From: Chrysomallon squamiferum
Lineage: Eukaryota > Animalia > Mollusca
Assembly: GCA_012295275.1 (NCBI GenBank)
Contig: CM022678.1
Span: 19,468,001 to 19,532,000, forward strand
DNA length: 64,000 bases
Direction of reading: 5' to 3'
The notes below the pieces were generated by a model. It saw only the letters and a program-made list of their open reading frames with translations, had not been told where the DNA came from and searched no databases. This document shows, piece after piece, positions 28,471 through 41,406 of the stretch (position 1 is its first letter; every line of letters starts with the position of its first letter). The position numbers were made by a program, and so were the translations under genes.

Positions 28471-28761
28471 CCGAGTTTTAGGCCTGATCCCGATCTTCCA
28501 GACTGGTAAATTCTTCCATCATATTCGGCGCACCCGAGCGGGTTTGTAGCAGAAATGCTTGATCCAATCTGAGAGGTGGTTTACTTGTATTACACATCAC
28601 TAACTGCAGCTTTCAGTTTCGCTTTCTCTCGCTAATCCTTCGATACGTCGATCTCAGTTACTTAATTTAGAGCAGATAATAAAATAAATCTCGCTGCTGA
28701 GACATTATGTACGTTCGTAAACACACAAAAGTCAGTGCTCCTAGTTCTCCTGAACTCCCTC

Positions 28762-28793
28762 CCCAGCCCAGCCCAGCCCAGCCCAGCCCAGCC
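28762..28793. repeat. (CCCAG)6 pentanucleotide repeat
   Basis: Read directly from the sequence. Confidence 0.95.
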
Positions 28794-29052
28794 ATCTTGA
28801 AAATTATGTTGAAATACGGAAAACGATGAAAATGTAGTAAACTAAAATTATTTCCAAAATAAAGTGCGGATGAATGGATGAATGGATGGATGGATGGATG
28901 GATGAATGAATGATTGAATGAAAGAATGCATGCACAAAAATAGAATACACATACATATGTGTGTATGAATATGTGTATGTATATATATATGTATGTATGT
29001 ATTTATGTGTGTATGTGTATATGTATTTATGTATGTGTGTGTATGTATTTAA

Positions 29053-29084
<32 letters not shown>

Positions 29085-29814
29085 TTACATACATACACAC
29101 ATACACACATAAATATATAAAGGACGTACATACATATACAAAAACAAAAGAGAAAAGATGTATTAAAATAATACCAATCAAATAACAGGAGTAAAAAAAA
29201 AAAAAAAAAATTAGTATCAAACCAAAGTAAATAGTGTTCCTTTGTTTAACAAAGAAAAAAAGAAAAGAAAAAGGCATAAAAAAAAGAATAAAGATTTTGT
29301 TTCCACCGTCTTGAAAGACGACGCCATTTTTGTTAGTCTCGTTAAAAGAGGTTAGGTAGAAGAGCTTCCTGTGTGTAACTGGAGGACAAGGAGAGTAAAT
29401 TAGGAGTTGTTGTTGTTGCTATAGTTACCATGGCAAACTTGCACTAACGTCAGTTGTATTTTCAGGTTTCTTCCGCGTTCAGAACGTGAATCTGTGAACT
29501 GTTCCGCCCACAGTTGTACAAATCAACGAATAAACAGAGATATTTTCATTCTCATTTGACCAGTTTTAATTGTCGTCGGCAAACTTTTCAGTAACGGTTT
29601 CTCGCGCAAAAAGTCAATTTAGTCCAAAAAGTATAGAGTTTCCTTTCTAATTAGTACAGAAAGGTCATGTTTTTTTTTTTTTTTTTTTTTTTTTTTGTTG
29701 TTGTTTATGTTGAAATTTTTAATTACTTTTACGTCCTTTATTAGAATTGTTGTTGTTATTATTGTATGAAAATATATACCTATGATACAGTAATTTGCAG
29801 CATTTATTATGAAA

Positions 29815-29882
<68 letters not shown>

Positions 29883-31968
29883 AGAAATAATAAAAACACA
29901 GAACGTCAGAAAATATGATAGAAAACATATCTCTGTTATATACATTCTCGCAAAAAAAACTGCAAACAATGACTTCAGAACACGAGCTTGTTTTTCAGTC
30001 GCCGTTAAACAACAACAAAAAAAACAAACAAAAAGAAATAACAAAATTTGGCCGGTCACAACATCGGGTGAACCGTATCGATATCAGAAAACCCTTTTAA
30101 GAAGATCAAGCTGGCTGTATTAGGACTGTTCTGTGGACATTAATTAATAATAGTGAAACATATCCGATCATTTTAAAACCATTGATTATTCCCCGGTGTC
30201 ATTTACCTTGGGAAAAATCACAAAGTGCGCGTGTAGTGTGTGTAACGTGATATGAATTGACTTGTAGGCGTGGTCTAACAACACTTCGTGAATCATCCCG
30301 GGCATATTTATTTATGTTTGTTTAGTTTTGTTGTTTTACCTTTGTGTTTGTGTGTTGTTGTTTTGGGGTTTTTTGTGTTTCTGTGTGTGTGTGTGTGTGT
30401 GTGTGTTATGTGTGAATTTGGGTACGTATGTGTGTGTGTGTGTGTGTGCGTGTGCGTGTCTGTGTGTACGTCTGTGTGTTTATGTGTGTGCGTGTGTTTT
30501 GTATAATACTATACATGTACTGACAGGAACATGAAACTTAAACAAACAGAAACTTAAACAAACAACAACAACAAAAAAAAACATTGTTTAACTGTATGTT
30601 TGTGTGCATTTTTTTTTTCTTTCTTTTTCTTTCATACATTATACTGTATATTTGTTGAATGTCTGCGTAAATGCACCTGTATATGTGTGTGCGTGTGCGC
30701 GTGTATGTGTTCGTTTGTATATATGTACATGCATGTTCTATACTGATTGATAAATAAGAGAAAGAAAAGAAATACTAGCAGGAAACAATGTTTTAAATAC
30801 ATTTAACTCCGGGTTTTTTTTTTCCTAAACTGCTTGGTAAAACGGGGAATAGTATTTTAAAACTGCAGTTAGGAGGATCGATCCAGCTGCCATTCTCGTG
30901 TCAGACCTCAGTAGTACCTTCTGTTACTAGAAAGAAAAACAGTATCATTCATTTGTCGTAAATTCATTATTTCATTCTGTCGTTTATCGCTGCAATTGTT
31001 ATTAATTTCTTCTTCTTTTTTTTTTCTAACATTTCGTCACTTATCTTCAACATCCTCTTCAAACAAATTATCTTTCTTTCACCACACAGTTTCAGGGTTT
31101 ATTTTAAATGCCGAGCAGAAATAACTGTATTTAATTTTCTCCGCAACAATCTATTTATCAACGAAAACCTCGTTAACAGGGTGACTGCGATAACAGATGA
31201 ATCGACATTAGATCTCACCGCACACTTCAACAAAACGGAAACACGATCGTCGTGAAAACAGATCAGCGGGATCTTTGGAGGAAAAATAACGGCAAATCGA
31301 TCCATTTGAGCATATCAGATAGACATAACTCAGTCTATTTACGTCAGCTTCGGAACGATTCTCCGTGTTGGAAAATTTGTCGTCAATTCTGACAGCTTCG
31401 GATGAACTCGGAGATTAGAATATTTGAGAATCGAAATTAGGAAAAATCTGAAAACAGATACACGGCTCCGACAGAACGTAATCATGACGTTCTCTCGCTC
31501 CCCCTCTCCCCAACTCAGATTGTTTTTCTTTATTATTAAAATCATTCATATGGTAGCATAACGAAGGATTCATTCTATCCCCCACCCCCACCCCAATATT
31601 CCATTACAGGTCCACCTCGGTAAACAAATATGTTGTACTTAAACATGAAATATTGTGTTAAGACATGAAATATTCATCAGAAATAGTTGTTGATTAGTTT
31701 AAATAATGATATAGCAACAACAAGTAAAAATAAAGTGCATGTTAAAAAGAAAATAAGTCTGTTGAAATGAAAAATAAAATAATAAATAAATAAATAAATA
31801 AAAAGAAATAAAGATACTGAGAGAAAGACACACAAATAACTAGATAGATAAATAGATAAGTAGGCAGACTGATTATATAAATAAACAAATAGACTAGATA
31901 GATAAATAGATTAGTAGGCAGACAGATGATATAAATAAATAAATAGACATAAAAACACACACACATAT

Positions 31969-32090
<122 letters not shown>

Positions 32091-32129
32091 ATGCTAATTA
32101 AATATGTTGTTTAAAATGTATGTAATCGT

Positions 32130-32380
32130 TATAAACGTTGTAAAAACGACTATGGAAATGTAACAACAAATATCTGAACACTAAAAATGATTATGAAAGT
32201 GCAACAACTTCAAAGTAAACGTTAAAAAGACTATGTAAGTGTAGCAAAACGATCAGTGTAACAACTACGTGGACGTTAAAACGACTATGTAACAACTACG
32301 TGAACGTTAAAACGACTATGTAACAACCACGTGAACGTTAAAACGGCCGAGTAAGTGCAACGACAACGCAAAAAATTACA
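32130..32380 (+). repeat. CpG-containing minisatellite, 31-bp core ACGTTAAAACGACTATGTAACAACTACGTGA
   Basis: Near-perfect copies at ~32273-32345 and degenerate longer copies upstream. Confidence 0.8.
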
Positions 32381-32579
32381 CACAGAGAGACTACGTCAGT
32401 GTAATAACAACGACTACGCACGCAAACATCACAGGGACCAGCACGAAAAATGCTGAAATCGACAATGTGAGAAACAACGCACAGACACGCACACACACAC
32501 ACGCACGCACACACACACGCACACACACTCTCACACACACACACACACACACGCACGCACGCACACACACACACAGACA

Positions 32580-32960
32580 TCCAAGGGGACGTAATCGGTG
32601 GAACGTAGACCGTGCGATTCCCGTCACGTGTTTAACGCCTCGATTAAGAAACCTTCGCGATGAAGTGCGAGCCATCGATCTCTTCTGCTCCGTCTTATTC
32701 ACATTAGATTTTCATTCGGCGAGTATCATCCGTTCGTTTAGTGCCTCGCGCTTCTTCCGCGTGCAGATTAGCTCAGAGGAACAGCAGTCAGTGTGCTGCT
32801 GCAGATTAGCTCAGAGGAACAGCAGTCAGTGTTTCTGTTTAGTAACCTACGTTTGTATTTTGCACGCGTTACGTTGCGTTCTCTCATCAAGAGATTTTAA
32901 CCTGCTTGTGTAACCGGATACTTCAGTTCGATTCTGCGTGCCAGGCTTTACTTTGTTTAT
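32580..32960. promoter_or_regulatory. CpG-rich island ~1 kb upstream of the KCNQ ATG (candidate promoter or non-coding exon)
   Basis: High CpG density relative to the flanks; contains a 38-bp tandem duplication. Confidence 0.35.
32762..32832 (+). repeat. 38-bp-period tandem duplication
   Basis: TGCAGATTAGCTCAGAGGAACAGCAGTCAGTGT at 32762 and 32800. Confidence 0.95.
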
Positions 32961-33467
32961 TTTAATTAATTCTTTCTTTCACTTTATTGATTCGCTAAGT
33001 AGTGATCTGGTTTAACTTCTCAACTTCAAAACTGAGTGGAGTGGGATTTTATTTATTTATTTTTTTATTTATTTTTTTATATATATTTTTGTGACTTTAA
33101 AAAAAAAAAAAAAATAATAATAAAGAAAAATAATAGTAATAACAATAAAGAAGAAGAAGAAGAAATTAATTAAATTTGAAAATTATTCGATACTGATGGA
33201 TTTGTCTGGAACTTTTTTTCTCTCTATTTTTATCGCTGTTTTAAAATGATGATATTTAATAACAGAAATTTTCAAAATAATATTAATAAATAAATAAATA
33301 AAATAAAATAAAAAATAAAATAAATAAATAAATCCACCATGTTCCATTACGGTGCCACTGAAACAAATGGAGAAATTTAACAACCGTTATTATTATTATT
33401 TTATTTTTTTTCCGAATGCCGTATTAGCGTTGTGTGTATCTATAATGTTTCTTATTCAACTGGAATT

Positions 33468-33776
33468 CACGAGGACAGCGGAAAAGCGACTGAAATGACA
33501 AACAGACACGTTCTATCAACAACTCGGACACAACTCAACGATCGAGAGGCGCGAGCGACTGTGCGTGATTTCTCTCGTTCGCTCGCCTGTTGACCGACCG
33601 AGCCTTGTGTGTGTTGTGTGTGTGTGTATCTCTCTCCACTCGCAAGTCTCATTACACTCAAGTGAAATCCTTTTCGCGTTGATTTCTAATGGCTTTCTCG
33701 ACGTCTTCGTTGTAGGCCGACCGAGGCTTTTCAGAAGGGATATTAAATAAATGATCCCCGTACATATAACAGCGAA
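33468..33776 (+). promoter_or_regulatory. CpG-rich putative 5' leader of KCNQ with three upstream ORFs
   Basis: CpG-dense stretch contiguous with exon 1. ATG-stop uORFs at 33495-33593 (32 aa), 33689-33715 (MAFSTSSL*) and 33751-33780 (MIPVHITAK*). The TSS is unknown. Confidence 0.5.
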
Positions 33777-34204
33777 ATGACGGAAAACGCCAAATCTAAT
33801 AATGAGAGTAACGCAGCGAGGTCGGGATTGAGTTCCCGCAGACTGGGAGCCACGCGATTCACTTCTCGGTCGCCCGACACCAGATTACTCGGCGGTACGA
33901 GCGACAGCGACTCCACGCCACCCGTCAGTCCGAACAGGGCGGAGCGCAGGCCGCTCAGGGTGGAATTCGCGCTGATGGAGGATGACGAGAGGCAGGGTAG
34001 CATTCACTCGGACACGGAAACGGAGTTTGCCGGCGACAAGCCGGAGAATTCGCGACTGAGGAATCCTAGGCTGAGTCTGCTGGGCAAACCGCTCAACTAC
34101 AGGCAGCACAAGCGGGACGTGAGGTACAGGAGACTGCAGACGAGGATTTATAACTTCTTAGAGAGGCCCAAGGCGTGGCTGGCATGGTGGTACCATCTGG
34201 CTGT
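33777..34204 (+). CDS. KCNQ: First coding exon of a KCNQ (Kv7/M-current) voltage-gated potassium channel: cytoplasmic N-terminus to start of S1
   Basis: The GC-rich ORF ends RLSLLGKPLNYRQHKRDVRYRRLQTRIYNFLERPKAWLAWWYHLAV, containing the KCNQ pre-S1 signature Q..YNFLERP...YH..V and the invertebrate-type R.SLLGKPLNY motif. The ORF stop at 34206-34208 lies inside a splice donor GT|GTAAGT (intron starts 34205, phase 2), matching the known exon-1 boundary of vertebrate KCNQ genes. Confidence 0.95.
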
Positions 34205-34631
34205 GTAAGTACCCGTTTAAGATTTTCATATTTTTTATGAATATTTAAAAAAAAAAAAAATTTTTTTTTTTTTTTTGGAATCGGTGTCCGTTATAGAGGT
34301 TACGTGTATAAATGTGTGTGTGTGTGTGTGCGTAAATTTCATCATATTATCATAATTCATTTTATCATTCTGTTACTGGTGTGTTCTAATGTCCTTTTTA
34401 TGCGTATTTATTTCAGCTTAATACTAATAATAATAATAATAGAGCATTGACAATGATAACAGTAATTCAAACTTAATTCACGCATTAGTGTTATTTTTTA
34501 TATATATATATATATATGTATGTATACAAATATTGTTCTAAAATGATTAATTTACAAGAATTGTTTATATGCATCGTTAAAAATTGTTTATTATCTTCAT
34601 CATTATTGTCATTATTATTGTCGTTATTATG

Positions 34632-34673
<42 letters not shown>

Positions 34674-35256
34674 GTTGTTATTATTATTATACACATGTTG
34701 ATATAGAATATGCTTAATATAACGGCGGTACCTGTTGTTTCATACTACTATTATTATTATTGTTGTTGTTGTCGTCGTTGTTAACTGTTCCGTTATTAAC
34801 ATTCTCTTAACATTCCAAGCTTACTAAGTACATAAAAATTCGAAATGGTAATTCCTATCTCCATACGATTTTGCAATTTGTATTTTATACTCGCCTTTGA
34901 TGACGTGGTTTGTTTTTAGTGCACGCTTTTATGAGAGAAAGCGGTCAAAAGGTTCACTGTTACTAGGATTATTGCGTTCCACTTTATTTTATTCCGAATT
35001 TTATATCACAGTTTAATAAACTCACTAAGTTGCCCTTTTATTAATTTCTTTCTTTACTGCTTTTTAAAATGTGTTTGTTTGTTTATTTATTTATTTATTT
35101 TACTTTTTCTGTCGTTCATTCTTTTTCTCCTTTTTTCTCTTGTTTTCATTTATTTATTTATTTATTTATCTTTAACTGAAATGTAAGAAATTATTTCATT
35201 TATTTATTTTCTTTTTTTTTACGCAAAATTGAAGTCATAGCAGTTATTTTATTTTG

Positions 35257-35312
<56 letters not shown>

Positions 35313-36008
35313 CGTTATTATTATATGTTTTTGAAAAGATTTTGTCTAGCTATTTCTCCTTTTTTCTTTCTTTATTTCTTCTTCTTTCTATTTTCCGCAA
35401 AGGAAATTTTTTTTTATTACTGCTTGTTTTCCTTTTTCTATATCTGTTCTCTCTCTTTCTTTCCTTTTTCTTTTTTTCAAGAACATTGCTTTATTATAAA
35501 TACAATTTTAACAATGTATTTTTTGAAACATTTTTTTTTTATCAAGATATTCCTAGTCTTTTCAATGATGTAGAAGTATACAGGAACACACACGCATAAA
35601 TGCACAGAAATACGCAAATGAATATACCATATTTATTTTTGTTATTAAAAATGTTTTAAAATAGATTTGGACGTTGTACATTTTATATTACTATTTATAA
35701 TGATCTAACTGTGGACTGAGACCACATATAGATCTGAAAACGTCATAACCAACATAATTGTGGTTTTGTTTCTGAATGATTATGGGAGAGGTTAGTGTGG
35801 GTGTAGGTTATTGATATTATGTATCTCAGCCATGATGTTATTTATAATGTAACTCATATATACTATAAGCTTGTGAACGTTGCATTAAAAAAATGTTTTA
35901 TCATCAACATCATCATCATTATTATTATCATTACTTTCATTATCATTATCATCATCATCACTATTAGTGTTATCATCATCACCATCATTATTATTATCAT
36001 CATCGTTA

Positions 36009-36132
<124 letters not shown>

Positions 36133-36744
36133 TCACTGAACAAAGAAAATACACATTTTAGGAATACTTAGAATAAAATTAGAATATAATTTAACATTAT
36201 AAATACTTTATGGTATTTGAAATACATAGTCAAACACCCACACACAGACATACACACACAAAGACACACACACACACACACACACACACGCAGTCTTTGT
36301 TTAATAATGATGACATTAGAATATTAATATCCTGAAACTGAGGCATGCAATAATATTTACCTTCATATCGTATTACACAGTCTTTCAATATTACATCACA
36401 TCCATTCCCTTGATAACAGAAACTGAGACGACTTAAAACAGATTTTTTTTTCCCCCTGATTTATTAGATTCTCTCATATATTTGTAACAGACATGTATGA
36501 ATTTTACGAAGGGCAAATCCTGCTGGAAAAATTTTTTTGAAAATTTAATCTGATTGCGTAGAAATAAATACATTTGTGGTATTGTTAATAGATATTCAAG
36601 AAAATTAACGTAAAATCAATATTGACAACCAATCAGCAAGGTGACAAATTTTGTTTATTTTGTGTACTGCAGTGATTTGGTTTAATGCAGTGATTTAAAA
36701 ATGAATGAAATTTCTGGTGAAAATGAAAATAACGAAACGAATTG

Positions 36745-36825
<81 letters not shown>

Positions 36826-37362
36826 CTCTTCCCCCTCTCTCTCCCTCTCTCTCTCTTTCTCTCTCGCTCTTTCTCGCTCTCTCTCTCTTTGTCTCGCTGT
36901 CTATATATCTGTCTTTCTCTTTCTCTCGTTCGTTTTCTGTATATCTCTATCTATCTTCCTCTAGCTCTCTATCTATCCATCTATCCACTTCCATTTCTCC
37001 CGACCTCGTTTCTATTTCTCCCCCCTGACTGCTCAAGTCATCTCTGAGTCAAATCTCACTCAAATCTCAATCAAATCTCACTCAAATCAAATTCACCAAA
37101 CTACATACGTATTCTGAAATATCACTGAATTCCCACTTACTGAACGTGCTATGTAAAAAAAAAAAAAAAAACACAAAAAAAACACATGACAGACATGGAA
37201 TGTAGCTAGTGTTACGGCTGTACAGACTCATACATGACTGATTTATCTTCATAGTTTTGCAGTAATTACATCAGCGGATGAATTTATGGTTTCTGTTGTC
37301 ATGGTATACTCGTGTTATTGATCTTAATCTCTGCGGTAGAGATTACTCAACAGCTAATTGAG

Positions 37363-37490
37363 GTTTAAGAAAAGTGCAGGCGTCTTTCTTGTTGTCTGTT
37401 ATTTTCGTCGATTTTGTTTGTGTGTGTGTGTGTGTTTGTCTGTTTGTGTTTGTGTGTGTGTGTTTTTGTGTGTGTGTGTGTGTGTTTGTC

Positions 37491-37521
<31 letters not shown>

Positions 37522-37780
37522 TTGTGTGTGTTTGATGTGTTTGTCTGTGTGTGTGTTTAAGGAAAATACAGGTTTGGCCTTGTCGTCTGTTATTTTCGTC
37601 AGTTTATTTTGTGTACGTCTGGGTGTATATATGCGTGTACTGATATATATGTGTGTTTGTATGTATGTATGTATGTATGTATGTATGTATGTATGTTTAA
37701 GAAGAATGCAGGCTTTTCCTTGTCGTCTGTTATTTTCGTCGATTTCTTGTGTGTATGTGTGTGTGTGTGTGTGGGTTTAT
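37363..37780 (+). repeat. Three ~55-bp cores separated by (GT)n/(GTAT)n spacers
   Basis: GTTTAAG.A.A.T.CAGG...CTTGTYGTCTGTTATTTTCGTC at ~37363, 37555 and 37695. Confidence 0.85.
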
Positions 37781-37799
37781 ATATATTTGATATTATATA

Positions 37800-37849
<50 letters not shown>

Positions 37850-38814
37850 GAAACGCATAATTTCCAAATTCCACAAAATACATGAATATTAGCATAGCAC
37901 AGGGGTATTGAAAGATTATTTTGTATTCTAGTTTATCTAATTATTTGTCTGTCTGTCCGTCCGTCTATCTGTTTATGTATTTATATATGTATTTACGTAC
38001 ACGTGTATTTATGGTCTAACAATATATTGTTCTTGCTCATCATCGTCATCGTCACCATCATCAGCAGCATCTATTATTCTCTTATTCACCAGTTATTTAA
38101 TCATCATCATCACCTTCTTCTTCTTCTTCTTCAACTTCTTATTAATTTCGTTCATTCACCCAATCTGACAGGTCAGTAAACCACGGGGAGTTTTAAATCT
38201 CCAAATGAAAATATTTCATTTCAATCTAGAGCAAGGAAATATATATATATATATATATATATCCCTGTACAGATAACACCACGACGTATGAATTGACCAA
38301 AAAAAAAAAAAAATATCGGAATCAAAATCTTACGAAAAAAAAAAAAAAATCCTGACATGGAATCGATACTGAGGCTTACAAACTTTGATAAATTCTTTGA
38401 GATGTCTTTTTTTCTTCTTCTTTTCTTTCTTTCTTTCTTTCTATTTCTTTCATTTTTCTTTTTTTTTTTTTTTTTTTTTTTTTTGTGCTCTTCTTTCTAA
38501 GCATTATGAAAAACGCAAAGCCTAAGAAAGACCGCAGAGAAATACTTTGATTTGTTTACTGGATTTCTGCGAAGACGTACAAGTTGGTTTAATGGAGTTA
38601 GCGACCTGCAAACAAAGTTAGAATATGCTGCTTGCGTCGTCTGTGGTGCTCTGTGTAAAAATGGAGGAAATGAAAAAGAAGAATCCGTACATACCTGAGA
38701 ACACACATGTTTCAAGAGATCTTTGTTTAATCTGAATGGGTTTTATGAAAAGGGGAAAAAAAAAAAAATGAATCCAAGATGCTGTAATAAAAGATATCTA
38801 TTTCTACGAATTTA

Positions 38815-38891
<77 letters not shown>

Positions 38892-38955
38892 TTGATTTTT
38901 GTTTTGTCCGTTTCGTTTACTTGATGCGTCTTTTTCTATACACTGTATATGTATA

Positions 38956-38992
<37 letters not shown>

Positions 38993-41375
38993 ATATATGT
39001 TTGTATTTGAGTTTATGTGTATGTATATATGTATGTATATTTCTATGTATACAAATGTGTTTATATATCTGTGTAAGAGTGTGTCTATGTCAATGTATGT
39101 ACGTATGAATAACATTCTGTACAGTGTATGTAATTATTTTATCTTTAACAACACACTCACATTTCATAACGGCGCTTCGCCGTCATACACCATAAAATCA
39201 GTAACACGATACATTCCAGCATGCCATTCAAAAATTATAATTATCCTAATGGGCAGACGTTTCTACTAATGGCGATTGGCCGTATGACGTCATAGAGTTT
39301 CGACTGGTACTGTTCCGCTGTTTAGCTGCACTAAATCCGGATTTAATTTTAATAATGGAGTCGGTGTTACCGAAAGAGCAGTCATGCTTGGCGGGATTTT
39401 GTGCAACTTATACGTTCAAAGATCACGAGCTCGTCAGTTCAACGTGGCCGACGTGTTCCAGAGAGGTCGATCTGAGGTCGTCGTGCTTTGATGTAATTAG
39501 TTTGGTACAGCACAGCTTTGACGTCATTTTGAAGATTGCTTTTCAGTTTTGTCGTTAGTTTTATTATTTGTATTTATTTATTTATTTATTTTATTTATTT
39601 GTAATGACTATGATTGGGGATAATAAAGGTTTTGTAATAATAATAATAATAATAATAACAACAACAACAACAACAACAACAACAAAAATAAGAACAAGAA
39701 CAAAATAGATGATATTTCTTTGTTTTATTTAATTCGCATTATCATTACATATCATCACGACTTGGAGAAAAACAACAAAGTGTGAGAAAAATGTAGAAAA
39801 AAATAAAGATCTGTTTATTCAGAACATGCTATGCAGAACCTGCGCCATGTCCAGTTTAACAGATTTACGTCATCAGACTTATTACGTCACAGCAGGGATC
39901 GCATCGCAACAGAATATCGAGATTCCAGTTAAACAAAAATAATTGTCAGAAAACCGTATCTGAACCCCACATTACCAGACAAACAAGTTTCTATTTTCCT
40001 TTGTCTTCGACTTTTTTTCCTCTATTATTTTTATTTTATTCTATTTCTTCCTCTTTAATTTGACATTTGTCTGTCACGACATAGAAGACGAGAAATATAT
40101 TACATAATCAGCGATGCAATAATGACGTTATCGCTATGAAATACGATTCTGATTTAAGGCATTGGTCAGTATGACATATCACAAAAAATGATTTCTTGAC
40201 ATTTGAAATCCGCGAGGGTGGGAAGTGATGAGACAAGACGAGAAATGACATACTCGAAAAACAATCTGATGAAAAAAAGAAGACGAAAAAAGAAGAAAAA
40301 ACAAGAAACGTTGATGGTAATTTAAAAAAAAAAAATGTTACCTCATAAAATAATTTAGGAAAATCGAAGCAGATTAAATAAATAAAAGAATGTGGGTTCA
40401 ACGCATACGTATCTACCTATCAGTTTATCAGTCTATCAGTTTATCTGTCTATCTGTCTATCAGTCTAGTTCTCTGCTTATCTATTTACATTTCTCTTTCA
40501 TCTGAAGCTTTATCAGTCTGTCTATCGATCTGTCTATCTATCTATCTATCTATCTACCTATCTACGTATCTATATATGAATTTATGCAATTGTTTTATTA
40601 TGTATATGCGTTTTTTCTTTTCTCTCAAACAAAAATTCTTTAATCTACAATGGTGGGTCCTCGGATCTTTAACAGCTCTCAAGAGTGAAATAAACCCTGC
40701 AAGGAAGAGGGCTTGCTTATCGTGACCTTTGAACCGCCACATTAACGTAATTCGCCGTCTGTGTGAGTGTATCGGGGGAGGGGGGTGTACACGTGCGGCC
40801 GTCTGACGATCAGGTGAAACTGCAGTGCAATCGTTTGTTCATTTCGTCGTCTGCTTTTCCAGACTGTTAACTTGCAGATGATATTGAAAAAAAAAAAAAG
40901 GCGCGAAATGTCTGGGGGACTTTGTTAACAGTTGTTTGAATTAAACGTCTGGTTCTGTTTTTTTTTAAAAGAAGAACATTTAAATATCTTTCCCTGCAAT
41001 TTCTAAAGTGTTATCGGCGTAAGAGTGAGGGTTGCTTGAATCATCCAAGGTGTTTTGTTGTATAAATTCGTTATGGAAAATGTTACTTTTTATTTGCTAC
41101 AAATGTGTATATATATATATATTAGTTTGTTATTTCGTGAAATAATTTGTTTCTTTTTAATGTAAATAATTAATGTTTATTCTAAATGAATAAATTTGTC
41201 GTACGATTCTTGCTGCAGGCATATAACCAGAAATACAGACACACACACACACACACACACACACAAACCCATCTAAGTTTATATATAACTATGACCCATA
41301 TGGAAAAGAGATAACTAGAAAAATAAATATCTCTTTTTTATATATATATATATATATATGTTAGATGCGATGACG

Positions 41376-41406
<31 letters not shown>

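Noticed and set aside
32467-32913. 148-aa ORF upstream of KCNQ
   Set aside because: Non-ATG start, composed of (CA)n plus GC-rich promoter-like DNA, no homology.
33743-34109. Minus-strand ORFs 33743-34003 and 33885-34109
   Set aside because: Antisense shadows of the GC-rich KCNQ exon with no recognisable motifs.
34206-34208. Stop codon ending the 143-aa ORF (truncated KCNQ or pseudogene?)
   Set aside because: The TAA is part of the GTAAGT splice donor at the conserved exon-1 boundary.
37363-37780. CRISPR-like array
   Set aside because: Eukaryotic context, only three degenerate repeats, microsatellite spacers and no cas genes.
39355-39558. 67-aa non-repetitive ORF in the intron
   Set aside because: No similarity to KCNQ exon 2 or any known domain; explained by local GC richness.
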